This document shows, piece by piece, positions 25,284-33,478 of a stretch of 47,546 nucleotides of DNA. Location: assembly GCA_013360305.1 (NCBI GenBank), contig JABWCK010000004.1, positions 1-47,546 of the forward strand. Direction: 5' to 3'. The translations under genes were made by a program, and so were the position numbers. Below the pieces are notes generated by a model. It made no database searches and was not told the DNA's origin. It saw only the letters and a program-made list of their open reading frames with translations. The first letter of the stretch is position 1; every line of letters begins with the position of its first letter. The DNA comes from Candidatus Micrarchaeota archaeon (lineage in GTDB: Archaea > Micrarchaeota > Micrarchaeia > Norongarragalinales > Norongarragalinaceae).

Positions 25284-27187
25284 CTCAAGCGGATGGTATC
25301 CAAGTTCATTATAGAACGCGACTCGATGTGCATCATTTTGTTCAATGAGCGTGCTAGTTCTTCACACTTTGCTTCGTCCCCGTGGTTAGTAAAGATTCTT
25401 TGAGGCTTTGGTCTTAAGTTGCGTATGTAAGCTAGCAATTGTGATCGGTCAGCGTGTCCAGAAAAGCCATCTACAGTATAAACAGACATGTTTATTTTCA
25501 AAGCGTCAAGCTTGCTGCGTTCATTCATTACCGGAACTTCTTTAGCGCCTGACTGGATTTTCCTACCTAGCGACAAAGCGCTTTGATAACCAACGAATAC
25601 TAACGAGTTCTTTTCATCGTGGGCAAGCATTTTTAGGAATTGAAGACTAGTTCCGCCAGAAAGCATTCCTGCAGGAGCTAGAATTACGGCTGGTTCCTCG
25701 CTTTCAGCAATGTCTTTTCTTTCCTTTGAAACTACATTGTTGAACATTGGGTGTTCGAATGGAGAATTGTTTTGAAGAATCCTGCGTTGAACGTTTTTCC
25801 TCAAGTATTCAGGGTAAACCGTGTGTATTGCTGAGGCTTCCTTGCTCATGCCGTCAATGTATACGGGAACGTTTAAGTCTCTCAGCCCGTTTTCTAGTAT
25901 TAGCATGATTTCTTGAGCGCGGCCTACTGCAAAGACAGGAATCAATACTTTTCCTTTTCTCTCAATAGCGTCGCGAATTATTTTAACTAGTCTTGACTCG
26001 CAGTCTTCCAACCTAGGCTGCAAGTCGTCTTTTCCACCATAAGTGCTTTCTAAAATCAAGGTTTCGGCTCTAGGGAATCGAGTTTCAGCTGGGTCAAACA
26101 AGTTAGTTCGACCGTACTTGATGTCTGCACTGTACACTAAGTTGTGCAAGCCGTCTCCAATATGCAAGTGAACGCTTGCTGAGCCTAAAATGTGTCCAGC
26201 GTTGTAGAAAGTAAACCTAATGTCAGGAGTAACGTCTGTTACTTCTCCATAATCTCGGCAAATCATGTTGTTTAATTGCTTCTTGACGTCTTTTTCTCCA
26301 AAAGGAGCGCCTGATTGAGTTTCTGAATTCATTACGTTCATGCAGTCTTGTTGCAGCAAGACCGTCAAGTCCCTAGTTGGAGGAGTACAATAAACAGGAC
26401 CATCATAACCGTACTTGTACAAGTAAGGAATGAATCCAGAGTGGTCCAAGTGAGCATGGCTCAAAATAACTGCATCTAATTGGTCTAATGACAAGCCCAT
26501 AGCGCTCAAGTAAGGGTACGCTCGAGTTGGGTCTGAGGTATCAATATTCATTCCGCAATCAAGCAATACGTTGCTCTTAGGGGTTTGAATCAATATACAA
26601 CTCCTACCTACTTCCTTGAATGCGCCTAACGCAGTCATTTTAACCCAATCGCAAGACGATGGAGGCGAAAGCATTTTCTTGCCTAGAGTATTCAAGAACT
26701 TCTTGCGTGACTCGCTGTTGATTATTAAAGAATTGCGAATTGCTTTCTCTATCTCGCTGGGACTAGTTGGAGATCGCAATACGCGAGGACTCCAGCCGGT
26801 TGTTAAAATAATTGACTTCAACACAGACCCGCCTTTTCCAATAACTAAACCGGGTTTTAATGCTTCAATTACTACTTCGTGAAAAACAGGATCAAACTTA
26901 ATGTCTGCCACGCCTGCTTCTACTGGAATCAAACTCTTGACTTCTTCTAACGCTTTAGTTGGAGGCATTAATGCAGAAGCGTCTACTCTCAACAAGATTT
27001 TCTTCCTGACTTTAGCCGCGATCTTAGTAATCAACTTGTCGTCTTCATAAAACGCTTTAATGTTTTTCAAATACAAGACGACTTGAGGGCCTTCAGGCTC
27101 TACTTTAGTCAACTCGCACTGAGGAGGAAGCACTTCCTTAACTAAGTGTTCTAAATCCTTTACAGTAACTGCATTATTCGAATCCAT
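25280..27187 (-). CDS. fttA: beta-CASP ribonuclease aCPSF1 (FttA)
   Basis: N-terminal KH domains (KPGLVIGKGG), SHAHLDH, AGHILGSA, ESTYG, FSGHAD, NHGD. Confidence 0.97.
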   Translation of the reverse strand: MDSNNAVTVKDLEHLVKEVLPPQCELTKVEPEGPQVVLYLKNIKAFYEDDKLITKIAAKVRKKILLRVDASALMPPTKALEEVKSLIPVEAGVADIKFDPVFHEVVIEALKPGLVIGKGGSVLKSIILTTGWSPRVLRSPTSPSEIEKAIRNSLIINSESRKKFLNTLGKKMLSPPSSCDWVKMTALGAFKEVGRSCILIQTPKSNVLLDCGMNIDTSDPTRAYPYLSAMGLSLDQLDAVILSHAHLDHSGFIPYLYKYGYDGPVYCTPPTRDLTVLLQQDCMNVMNSETQSGAPFGEKDVKKQLNNMICRDYGEVTDVTPDIRFTFYNAGHILGSASVHLHIGDGLHNLVYSADIKYGRTNLFDPAETRFPRAETLILESTYGGKDDLQPRLEDCESRLVKIIRDAIERKGKVLIPVFAVGRAQEIMLILENGLRDLNVPVYIDGMSKEASAIHTVYPEYLRKNVQRRILQNNSPFEHPMFNNVVSKERKDIAESEEPAVILAPAGMLSGGTSLQFLKMLAHDEKNSLVFVGYQSALSLGRKIQSGAKEVPVMNERSKLDALKINMSVYTVDGFSGHADRSQLLAYIRNLRPKPQRIFTNHGDEAKCEELARSLNKMMHIESRSIMNLDTIRLR

Positions 27188-27222
27188 TTTATCAGTCTCT
27201 ATTCATTAAAATCAAAAAAAAA

Positions 27223-27852
27223 CTATTTGGCTAAAAAGTTTTTAACTTCGTCCTTGGAAAAACGCTTGATGCCTTTTTCCGTAACGACTAACGCATCAAT
27301 TCCGTCACCAGTAGCTGAATCCCTCTTCATAGCTGAAGAAACAGCTTTCACTGCCAAACGAACTGCGTCATCTTGACTCATTCCATCCTTAAAGTAATCG
27401 TCTAAAACACCATAAGCAACAACACTGCCTGAACCAGTCGAAACATAGCGTTCTTCCATTAAACCGCCTAATGGGTCTAAATCAAACAATCTTGGCTGCA
27501 CGTCAAAACCAGCAACAATCATTTGAACCAAGTAAGGAAAATACTTGTTTCCTTGAAGAACGTTAGCCAAGAGAGTAGCAGCGCCCTTAATAGACATTTC
27601 TTGACCGCGAGAATACTTATACAAAGCAAGTTCTGCTTTCATTATTCGTACCAGAGTTTGAGCGTCGCCTACTCCGCCTGCCATAGTCATTGCAACGCGA
27701 TCACCGACTACTTGAATTTTTTCTACTTCCCTAGAAGCAATGAAAGTCGAAAAACTAGCACGCTTGTCAGCAGCAATAACTACTCCGTCCTTGAAAGTAA
27801 CGCCTACAGTAGTAGTGCCTTTGAATATTTTTTGCTCAGTTTGCTCAGTCAT
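27223..27852 (-). CDS. psmB: Proteasome beta subunit
   Basis: KG/TTTVG autocleavage site, ADKRA, STGSGS, RDSATG; start at MTEQ after GGGTGAT. Confidence 0.97.
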   Translation of the reverse strand: MTEQTEQKIFKGTTTVGVTFKDGVVIAADKRASFSTFIASREVEKIQVVGDRVAMTMAGGVGDAQTLVRIMKAELALYKYSRGQEMSIKGAATLLANVLQGNKYFPYLVQMIVAGFDVQPRLFDLDPLGGLMEERYVSTGSGSVVAYGVLDDYFKDGMSQDDAVRLAVKAVSSAMKRDSATGDGIDALVVTEKGIKRFSKDEVKNFLAK

Positions 27853-27866
27853 TAGAATATCACCCA

Positions 27867-27898
27867 CAAAACTTTTTATTAAAAAGTTTGGTTAAAAA
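27867..27898. repeat. AT-rich palindromic repeat copy immediately upstream of the psmB Shine-Dalgarno
   Basis: AAACTTTTT-ATT-AAAAAGTTT-GGTTAAAA. Confidence 0.75.
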
Positions 27899-27978
27899 AA
27901 CGAATAACTAATTCGAAGGATTGCAAAACAATATAGGCTGCTAGGCTTTAAAAACCTTGCATTTTGTTATTATAAAGT

Positions 27979-28683
27979 ATGAAGTTATTCAAAGCAATCG
28001 CAAGTGACTACACTCGTTTGAGAAGAAACTCAGCGCTAGATAAAATAAGCGCGTTCCACCCAGAATTGTCAAAAGACTTGGCTGAAAAAAAAATTAATTT
28101 AAGACACATAGCGAGAGTATTAAACGAACACGAACGCGGCTTAAGCAAAGAAGACAAGAAAATAAACGCAACACGACATTTTGCAGAAACGCTTAGAACA
28201 CTAATCAATGAAGGTTACTATACAGATTTCACTGCTACTCGGTTGAAAAACTTGTTTTTGAAATACCGAAAAAAACCCAGCAACACCATAGCTATATCCG
28301 ACAAAATGAAGGACTTTTTTTCAACTTTAAAACCAAGCGATTCAGCACGAATTAAAGACTACTTAGATTTCTTGAACGCAGGGTTGCAAAGAAACAAACA
28401 AATAGAAGAAGCATTAGAAAAAAAAGCAATTAGCTTAAGTACAACTGAATTAAGGCAAGCTAGAATAAGAACGGTTTTCAACCCATTAACGTTAAGCGAC
28501 GTGTTCAAAAAACTAGTTTCTTCACCTAATTTTAGAGAGTACCACTCGATTTACTGGGATGCAGTAACTAAAGGAGATGCTGAATTGCTTGAAAAAATAA
28601 TAAGTCTCGACCCTAAAACAATGGATCAAGAAGAAATAAAGAAATACAAAGAAAAAGTAACCGCATTGCTAAGAAAAAAATAA
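27979..28683 (+). CDS. Hypothetical basic helical protein (orphan)
   Basis: 234-aa ATG ORF; TTTAAA box about 27 nt upstream. Confidence 0.7.
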   Translation: MKLFKAIASDYTRLRRNSALDKISAFHPELSKDLAEKKINLRHIARVLNEHERGLSKEDKKINATRHFAETLRTLINEGYYTDFTATRLKNLFLKYRKKPSNTIAISDKMKDFFSTLKPSDSARIKDYLDFLNAGLQRNKQIEEALEKKAISLSTTELRQARIRTVFNPLTLSDVFKKLVSSPNFREYHSIYWDAVTKGDAELLEKIISLDPKTMDQEEIKKYKEKVTALLRKK

Positions 28684-28685
28684 AA

Positions 28686-28850
28686 TTAAGCAAAAGAAAG
28701 AGAAGGAATAGAAACTTGTTCTTGAATGCTTGGAACGCAGTCTAGAATGACTCTTCCGCCTTGATGGATTATTTCTCTAACGTTGTAATCCGCGTCGGAA
28801 AAAACTCTTTCTAAATCCTTGTACGAAATCCTTGAAACATCAATCTTCAT
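28686..28850 (-). CDS. 54-aa small protein MKIDVSRISYKDLERVFSDADYNVREIIHQGGRVILDCVPSIQEQVSIPSLSFA, not in the ORF track
   Basis: ATG with GGGGAG SD, TTTAAA box at 28899-28904, fills the gap and converges on the neighbouring stop. Confidence 0.65.
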   Translation of the reverse strand: MKIDVSRISYKDLERVFSDADYNVREIIHQGGRVILDCVPSIQEQVSIPSLSFA

Positions 28851-28915
28851 ATTGCTTCATCTCCCCGCACTTGTGCGGAAATAGACAACTGAAGCTGGTT
28901 TAAAAACCAAAGACC

Positions 28916-28977
28916 GACCACGATTCCGGTGTCCGCATGGGGGCGTTGTACCTCGACCGGACTCGTTTTCCCCCTTT
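28916..28977. repeat. GC-rich structured element, copy C
   Basis: ACGA-T-TCCGGT / ACCGGA-C-TCGT stem; loop GGGGG 28939-28943 is complementary to CCCCC 28970-28974. Confidence 0.6.
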
Positions 28978-29684
28978 CAGCGGATTCGTTCGTATTCTTT
29001 TTCTGATTTTCCTAGGAAGTGGATTTCGAACAAGTTTTTGACGTGAAAGGCAGTGAATTTAAGCAGTCCCCAAGCACGAATTCTTCTGGGAGAAATAGTT
29101 ACAAACGACTTGGGTTCGAATACTACTTTCCCGCGTTTTTTTAGTTTTTTTAATAATTCAATATCTTCAGCAGTTACTAGTTCGGTCTTGAATCCCTTGA
29201 CTGCGTCAAAGTCTTTCTTGCGTACGGCAATATTAAAACCCGCTCCTGAAGGCATTCCTAGCACTGCTAGAATCCACAAGTAACTCGAAAAAGCGGGTCG
29301 AGCGAATAATTTTTCCAAGAAAGTAGGGTTAGCTACTTCGGCAGTACCGTAAACAGCGACTACGTTAGGATCATTGAAGCGGTTAGCCATTATAGCAAGC
29401 CAGTCTTTTGGAGCGATAGTATCTGCATCAGTGAAAACAAGTATTTCTCCAACTGCGTGACCGCATCCAGCTTGTCTTCCTGAAGCAATAGTGTGCTTGA
29501 TTTCTTTGTATACGCCTTTAATGTATTTTTTAGCTATTTCTCTAGTATTATCCGTACTTTCTCCGTCGGCGACAATGATTTCAAAAGGTTGCTTGAATTC
29601 TTGCGATAAAATCGACTCTAGAGTGCGAGCGATATTTTTCTCTTCATTATAAGTAGGAATAACTACAGAGACTAGCGGTTTCAT
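28977..29684 (-). CDS. Glycosyltransferase family 2
   Basis: SVVIPTYNEE, DGESTD, FTDAD, AEDIEL, SPRR. Confidence 0.95.
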   Translation of the reverse strand: MKPLVSVVIPTYNEEKNIARTLESILSQEFKQPFEIIVADGESTDNTREIAKKYIKGVYKEIKHTIASGRQAGCGHAVGEILVFTDADTIAPKDWLAIMANRFNDPNVVAVYGTAEVANPTFLEKLFARPAFSSYLWILAVLGMPSGAGFNIAVRKKDFDAVKGFKTELVTAEDIELLKKLKKRGKVVFEPKSFVTISPRRIRAWGLLKFTAFHVKNLFEIHFLGKSEKEYERIR

Positions 29685-29720
29685 TATTGAAAAATAACTC
29701 CATTCTAGAATTTAAAGCTC

Positions 29721-32700
29721 TCAAGCAGAACTCAACTTGACTTCTACTAGTTTGGAGCCTTCTTTGCCTTGCATTGCTACTCCAACCAAGCAACCCGCCT
29801 TCTTGTAAACCGTTTCGTTATGAGTAACAACCAAGAATTGTGTTCCGTTACTTAAAGCAGAAATTAATTCCTGTAGTTTTCGAGAGTTTTCATTATCTAA
29901 CGCGGCATCCGCCTCGTCTAAAACATATATTCCAGAAGGATTAACGCCTTGCATGGCGAATAGGAACACTAATGCAATTAGTGACTTTTCTCCGCCGCTC
30001 ATTAACTCCAAGTACTTTACTTCCTTGTTGTCCAACTGTACTTGTATAGTAAGTCCTCCTTCGAACGGGTTTTCACTATTTTCCAAGAATAACGATCCCT
30101 TGCCGGTAAATATTTGGCCGAATAAGTGTTGGAAGTTTTTGTTTATTGCGTTGAATGAATCCATGAAAGTAGCGATTTTCCTTCCTTCAATCTCGTTAAT
30201 TATTCCAATAACTGCCTCGCGTTCTTGACCTAATTGGTCTACGCGTTGTCTTTGTTCCAACAAGTCTTTCGCTTTTCGGTCATAGTCTTCAATAGCACGC
30301 ATGTTAATGCTGCCCAAACTAGTTATCAATGAATGGACTTCGTCTAATTCACTCTGTAAACCAGGCTTGTCTTCAAAGTTTTTCTTTAACACAGTTACTT
30401 CGCCCAAGTCATCTAGTTGGAATTTGACTGACTTGATTTTTTCTTCCAAGCCAGCGCGTTTGACTTCGTTGCTTTGCTTGTTTGGCTTGATTTTTTCTTC
30501 CAACTCGAATTGGAGTTTGGATTTCTTTTCACCAAAATCACGAATCTTTTTTTCTAAACCGCTTCTGGCGTCCCATAATTCCTTCAAGTTGCCTGCGACT
30601 TTCTTTTGTTCTTCTAATTTTTCCCTCAAGTCATCTCGAGCTTTTTTAATACGAGAGTCAGCTTCCTTGCATACTTTAGCATAATCGTTTTGCTGTTGAA
30701 TTAATTCGTCTTCTTGTTTCTTTATTGAAGCTAGTTGTTTTTCGAAAACAGAGTGCTTGGTTTCAGCTGACGATTTTTCGCTAGATAACTGTGAAGCGCG
30801 TATTTTCAAGTCTGAAACTTTTCGTTCTTTTTCTTTAACTGAATTGCCGAATGCTTCTTGTTTTTCTACGTCGGTTTTTTCCTTGTATTGCAAGTACTCA
30901 ATATTGATTTGAGAGAGTTTGCGAACTAGTTCGCGACGTTCTTCTTCTCCCGAATTGACTGCTTCTAAGCAGGAAAGGATTTCTTTTTCTAGTTCAGAAA
31001 CTGCTTTCCTGACGTCGGCTAGTTTTTCCTTGTTTTCTTTTTCTTCCTTTTCCAAGTGTTGTATTTCTAGATCAAAAGTCTTCTTGCGCAATTCAGCCTC
31101 AGCTTTCTTTTTGCGCGACTCGCTAGCAGATTCTCGGTTTGAATTTAATGAATCAATCACGCTCAAGCGAGTTGATTCTAGTTCTTTTAGTTTTAAGTCC
31201 CACTTGTCTAATTCTTTTGATTCAAGGAATGGATTGATTTTTCCACTAGAAGCGCCTCCAGTAACTAATCCCGACTGCTCGAATAACTCGCCGTCCATTG
31301 TTACTAAACGCGCTTCGCCCACTAGTTCTTCAGCGGAATTAAAGTCTTTCATTACTAGCGTGTTCCCGCAACAATACTCTAAAGCTTTCTTGTATTGCGC
31401 GTCAAAATCGAGCAAGTTAATCAAGAAGTCAACGCTGCCTTTTTCTTTCTTTAAAGACTCGTCTTGTTTAGATACTCCAGAAGCTTGAATCTTGTCTAAA
31501 GGAATAAATGACATTCTCGTCAAGTTGTTTTTCTTCAAGTGATTAATGCATTTTCCAGCAGTTTTTACCGAGTCAACTACTATGAAAGACAACCTAGCAC
31601 CCAAACCAATCGATATAGGCACTGCATATTTTGAATCAAAGTCAACTAGTTCTTGCACTACCCCGTAAACGCCATCGAATTGTTTTAATGAATTACTGGC
31701 TTCCATTAAGCCACTAGACCCGCCGGCTTGTCTTAGTCTTTGTTCGTGGAATGAAACCTTCTTTCTAGCTTCAATCAAGTCCTTCTCTGCTTCCTGGAGA
31801 GACTTGTTTAAAGTTTTTTCTTCACTAAACAACTCGCTTACTTGCTTGTCGTAATAAAACAAGTCTTTTTCTACAGCCTTTAACCCATCGAGTAATTCTT
31901 TTAGTTTGGAAGAATTTTCTTCAACTACCCCACGCTTCAAGCGATCTAATTCGTGTTCTTTTATTCGCTGTAATTCTTTTTGCTTGCCGTTTTCTGCTTG
32001 AATCTCGTTTAATCGTTCTTTTACTGAAAGCATTTCTTCTTCTAAAGACTGCATTTTCTTTACTGAAGAATGAAAATCCTTAGTCAAAGAAGAATTTTCT
32101 CCCACTAATGAAAACAATTCGCCTTCTTCTTTCTTCAATAATACTGAAACTTCGCTTAATTCTGAAGTCAACTCGTCTAAAACTATTTTTTGAGCCTTGA
32201 CTTCATCAAACGCTTTTTGCTTTTCAATTCCTAACTCCTTATGCTTAGCTTCAAGCTTTTGAGTCTCGGCCTTTTTTTCATCAATCAACAACTTGCCTTG
32301 ACTAATCAAATTGTTTAACTCGTCAATTTCCCTCTGCAAGTCAACTTCCTTGCCTTTTCCTTTCAAGAGAACTTGCTGGTTTAATTCTTCCACTTGCTTT
32401 TGGCTAGAAATTATTTCTTCATCTACTAACTTGATTTCTTCATGCAGCTTTTTGATTCTAGACTCCAAGTCTAAATTGCTTGAAACAAGCGAGTCAAAAT
32501 CCTTCTGCAAAGCACTCAAGTCAATAGAAAACAAAGTAGCCTTTAGGGTTTTCATCCTAGCATCTAGTTCAATGAATTTCTCGGCGTTTTCTTTCTCTTC
32601 CGCCAAATCCTTCAAAAAACCTTCCTTTTCGCCTAATAACACGTTGGACTCGTTGAGTTTTTGCTGGACTTTATTCAATTCCCCAAGAGCTTCCTTCTTC

Positions 32701-33170
32701 TTAGACTCGTACTCTGAAACATTAGCAACGAAATCAATCAAACCCCTTCGGTCCTTGGGGTTCATTTCAACAATTCTCTGCACTTCACCCTGCTTGATTA
32801 CATTATGCAAAGAAATCTTATGCTTGGATAAGAATTCTTCAATCACGTACTTCTTCACTCGGCGGCCATCCATAGAATACTTTTGCTTTCCATCCTTGCG
32901 GATTACTCTAGCAACTGAGTGTTTTTTCTCGCCATCACTCAAGACAACAGTTACTTCAGCCACTCCAGCATTAGACGCCAACAAATCACTCGTCTTCTTA
33001 ACCCGCATAGCTTTCAAAGACGATTCTCCGAAAGCAAATAGCAATGAATCGACAATATTCGTTTTTCCGCTTCCATTAGGACCGACTATAGCGTTAAAAC
33101 CAGAATCAAAAGCAACGTTAGCACTCTTGAACGACTTGAAATTCCTTAAAGAAACCGATTCAACAAACAA
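29721..33170 (-). CDS. smc: Chromosome segregation protein SMC
   Basis: GPNGSGKTN, hinge GELFEQSGLVTGG, MSGGEKS signature, LDEADAALD. Confidence 0.97.
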   Translation of the reverse strand: MFVESVSLRNFKSFKSANVAFDSGFNAIVGPNGSGKTNIVDSLLFAFGESSLKAMRVKKTSDLLASNAGVAEVTVVLSDGEKKHSVARVIRKDGKQKYSMDGRRVKKYVIEEFLSKHKISLHNVIKQGEVQRIVEMNPKDRRGLIDFVANVSEYESKKKEALGELNKVQQKLNESNVLLGEKEGFLKDLAEEKENAEKFIELDARMKTLKATLFSIDLSALQKDFDSLVSSNLDLESRIKKLHEEIKLVDEEIISSQKQVEELNQQVLLKGKGKEVDLQREIDELNNLISQGKLLIDEKKAETQKLEAKHKELGIEKQKAFDEVKAQKIVLDELTSELSEVSVLLKKEEGELFSLVGENSSLTKDFHSSVKKMQSLEEEMLSVKERLNEIQAENGKQKELQRIKEHELDRLKRGVVEENSSKLKELLDGLKAVEKDLFYYDKQVSELFSEEKTLNKSLQEAEKDLIEARKKVSFHEQRLRQAGGSSGLMEASNSLKQFDGVYGVVQELVDFDSKYAVPISIGLGARLSFIVVDSVKTAGKCINHLKKNNLTRMSFIPLDKIQASGVSKQDESLKKEKGSVDFLINLLDFDAQYKKALEYCCGNTLVMKDFNSAEELVGEARLVTMDGELFEQSGLVTGGASSGKINPFLESKELDKWDLKLKELESTRLSVIDSLNSNRESASESRKKKAEAELRKKTFDLEIQHLEKEEKENKEKLADVRKAVSELEKEILSCLEAVNSGEEERRELVRKLSQINIEYLQYKEKTDVEKQEAFGNSVKEKERKVSDLKIRASQLSSEKSSAETKHSVFEKQLASIKKQEDELIQQQNDYAKVCKEADSRIKKARDDLREKLEEQKKVAGNLKELWDARSGLEKKIRDFGEKKSKLQFELEEKIKPNKQSNEVKRAGLEEKIKSVKFQLDDLGEVTVLKKNFEDKPGLQSELDEVHSLITSLGSINMRAIEDYDRKAKDLLEQRQRVDQLGQEREAVIGIINEIEGRKIATFMDSFNAINKNFQHLFGQIFTGKGSLFLENSENPFEGGLTIQVQLDNKEVKYLELMSGGEKSLIALVFLFAMQGVNPSGIYVLDEADAALDNENSRKLQELISALSNGTQFLVVTHNETVYKKAGCLVGVAMQGKEGSKLVEVKLSSA

Positions 33171-33263
33171 TTCAACAAAACCCTTTCCAAAACTAGTCTC
33201 AAAACACTTATACTAGCTACGAAAAATAACGTAGAAAAAGAATTTTAACCCTTCGAAAGAACC

Positions 33264-33286
33264 GCTTTCTTTTAATAAAAGAAAGC
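33264..33286. terminator. 10-bp perfect hairpin downstream of tRNA-Gln (terminator-like or repeat variant)
   Basis: GCTTTCTTTT-AAT-AAAAGAAAGC. Confidence 0.45.
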
Positions 33287-33322
33287 CCTTCACGAGAAAG
33301 AAAACTAACCGAAAACAAGGAA

Positions 33323-33395
33323 TAGCCCCGGGCAGATTCGAACTGCCGTCTACGGCTCCAAAGGCCGCTATACTTGACCACTATACTACGGGGCT
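33323..33395 (-). tRNA. tRNA-Gln(TTG)
   Basis: AGCCCCG/CGGGGCT-A acceptor with archaeal A1:U72; anticodon arm GCGGC-CT TTG GA-GCCGT. Confidence 0.95.
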
Positions 33396-33426
33396 AAACT
33401 TTTTGAGAAAAAGTTTAATCAAAAAA
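33395..33426. repeat. AT-rich palindromic repeat at the 5' end of tRNA-Gln
   Basis: TAAACTTTTT-GAG-AAAAAGTTTA-ATCAAAAAA; the first T is the complement of tRNA A1. Confidence 0.85.
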
Positions 33427-33478
33427 GAAAAAAAAACAGGAATAGTATTCTGTTAAAAAGAGTTTTTTAAATGCTCTC

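Noticed and set aside
28916..28977. RNase P RNA, HDV/theta ribozyme, SECIS or C/D guide identity for the GC-rich element
   Set aside because: GGAAAACGAGTCCGG only loosely resembles the P4 motif and the region is too short; HDV catalytic consensus, C/D boxes and selenoprotein context are absent
29953..33216. Long antisense ORFs (up to 301 aa) inside smc, and similar ones inside other genes
   Set aside because: S/F/L-rich shadows of E/K-rich coding strands with no independent signals
63..33426. CRISPR array interpretation of the ~30-bp palindromic repeats
   Set aside because: The copies are dispersed and variable, have no regular spacers, and there are no cas genes
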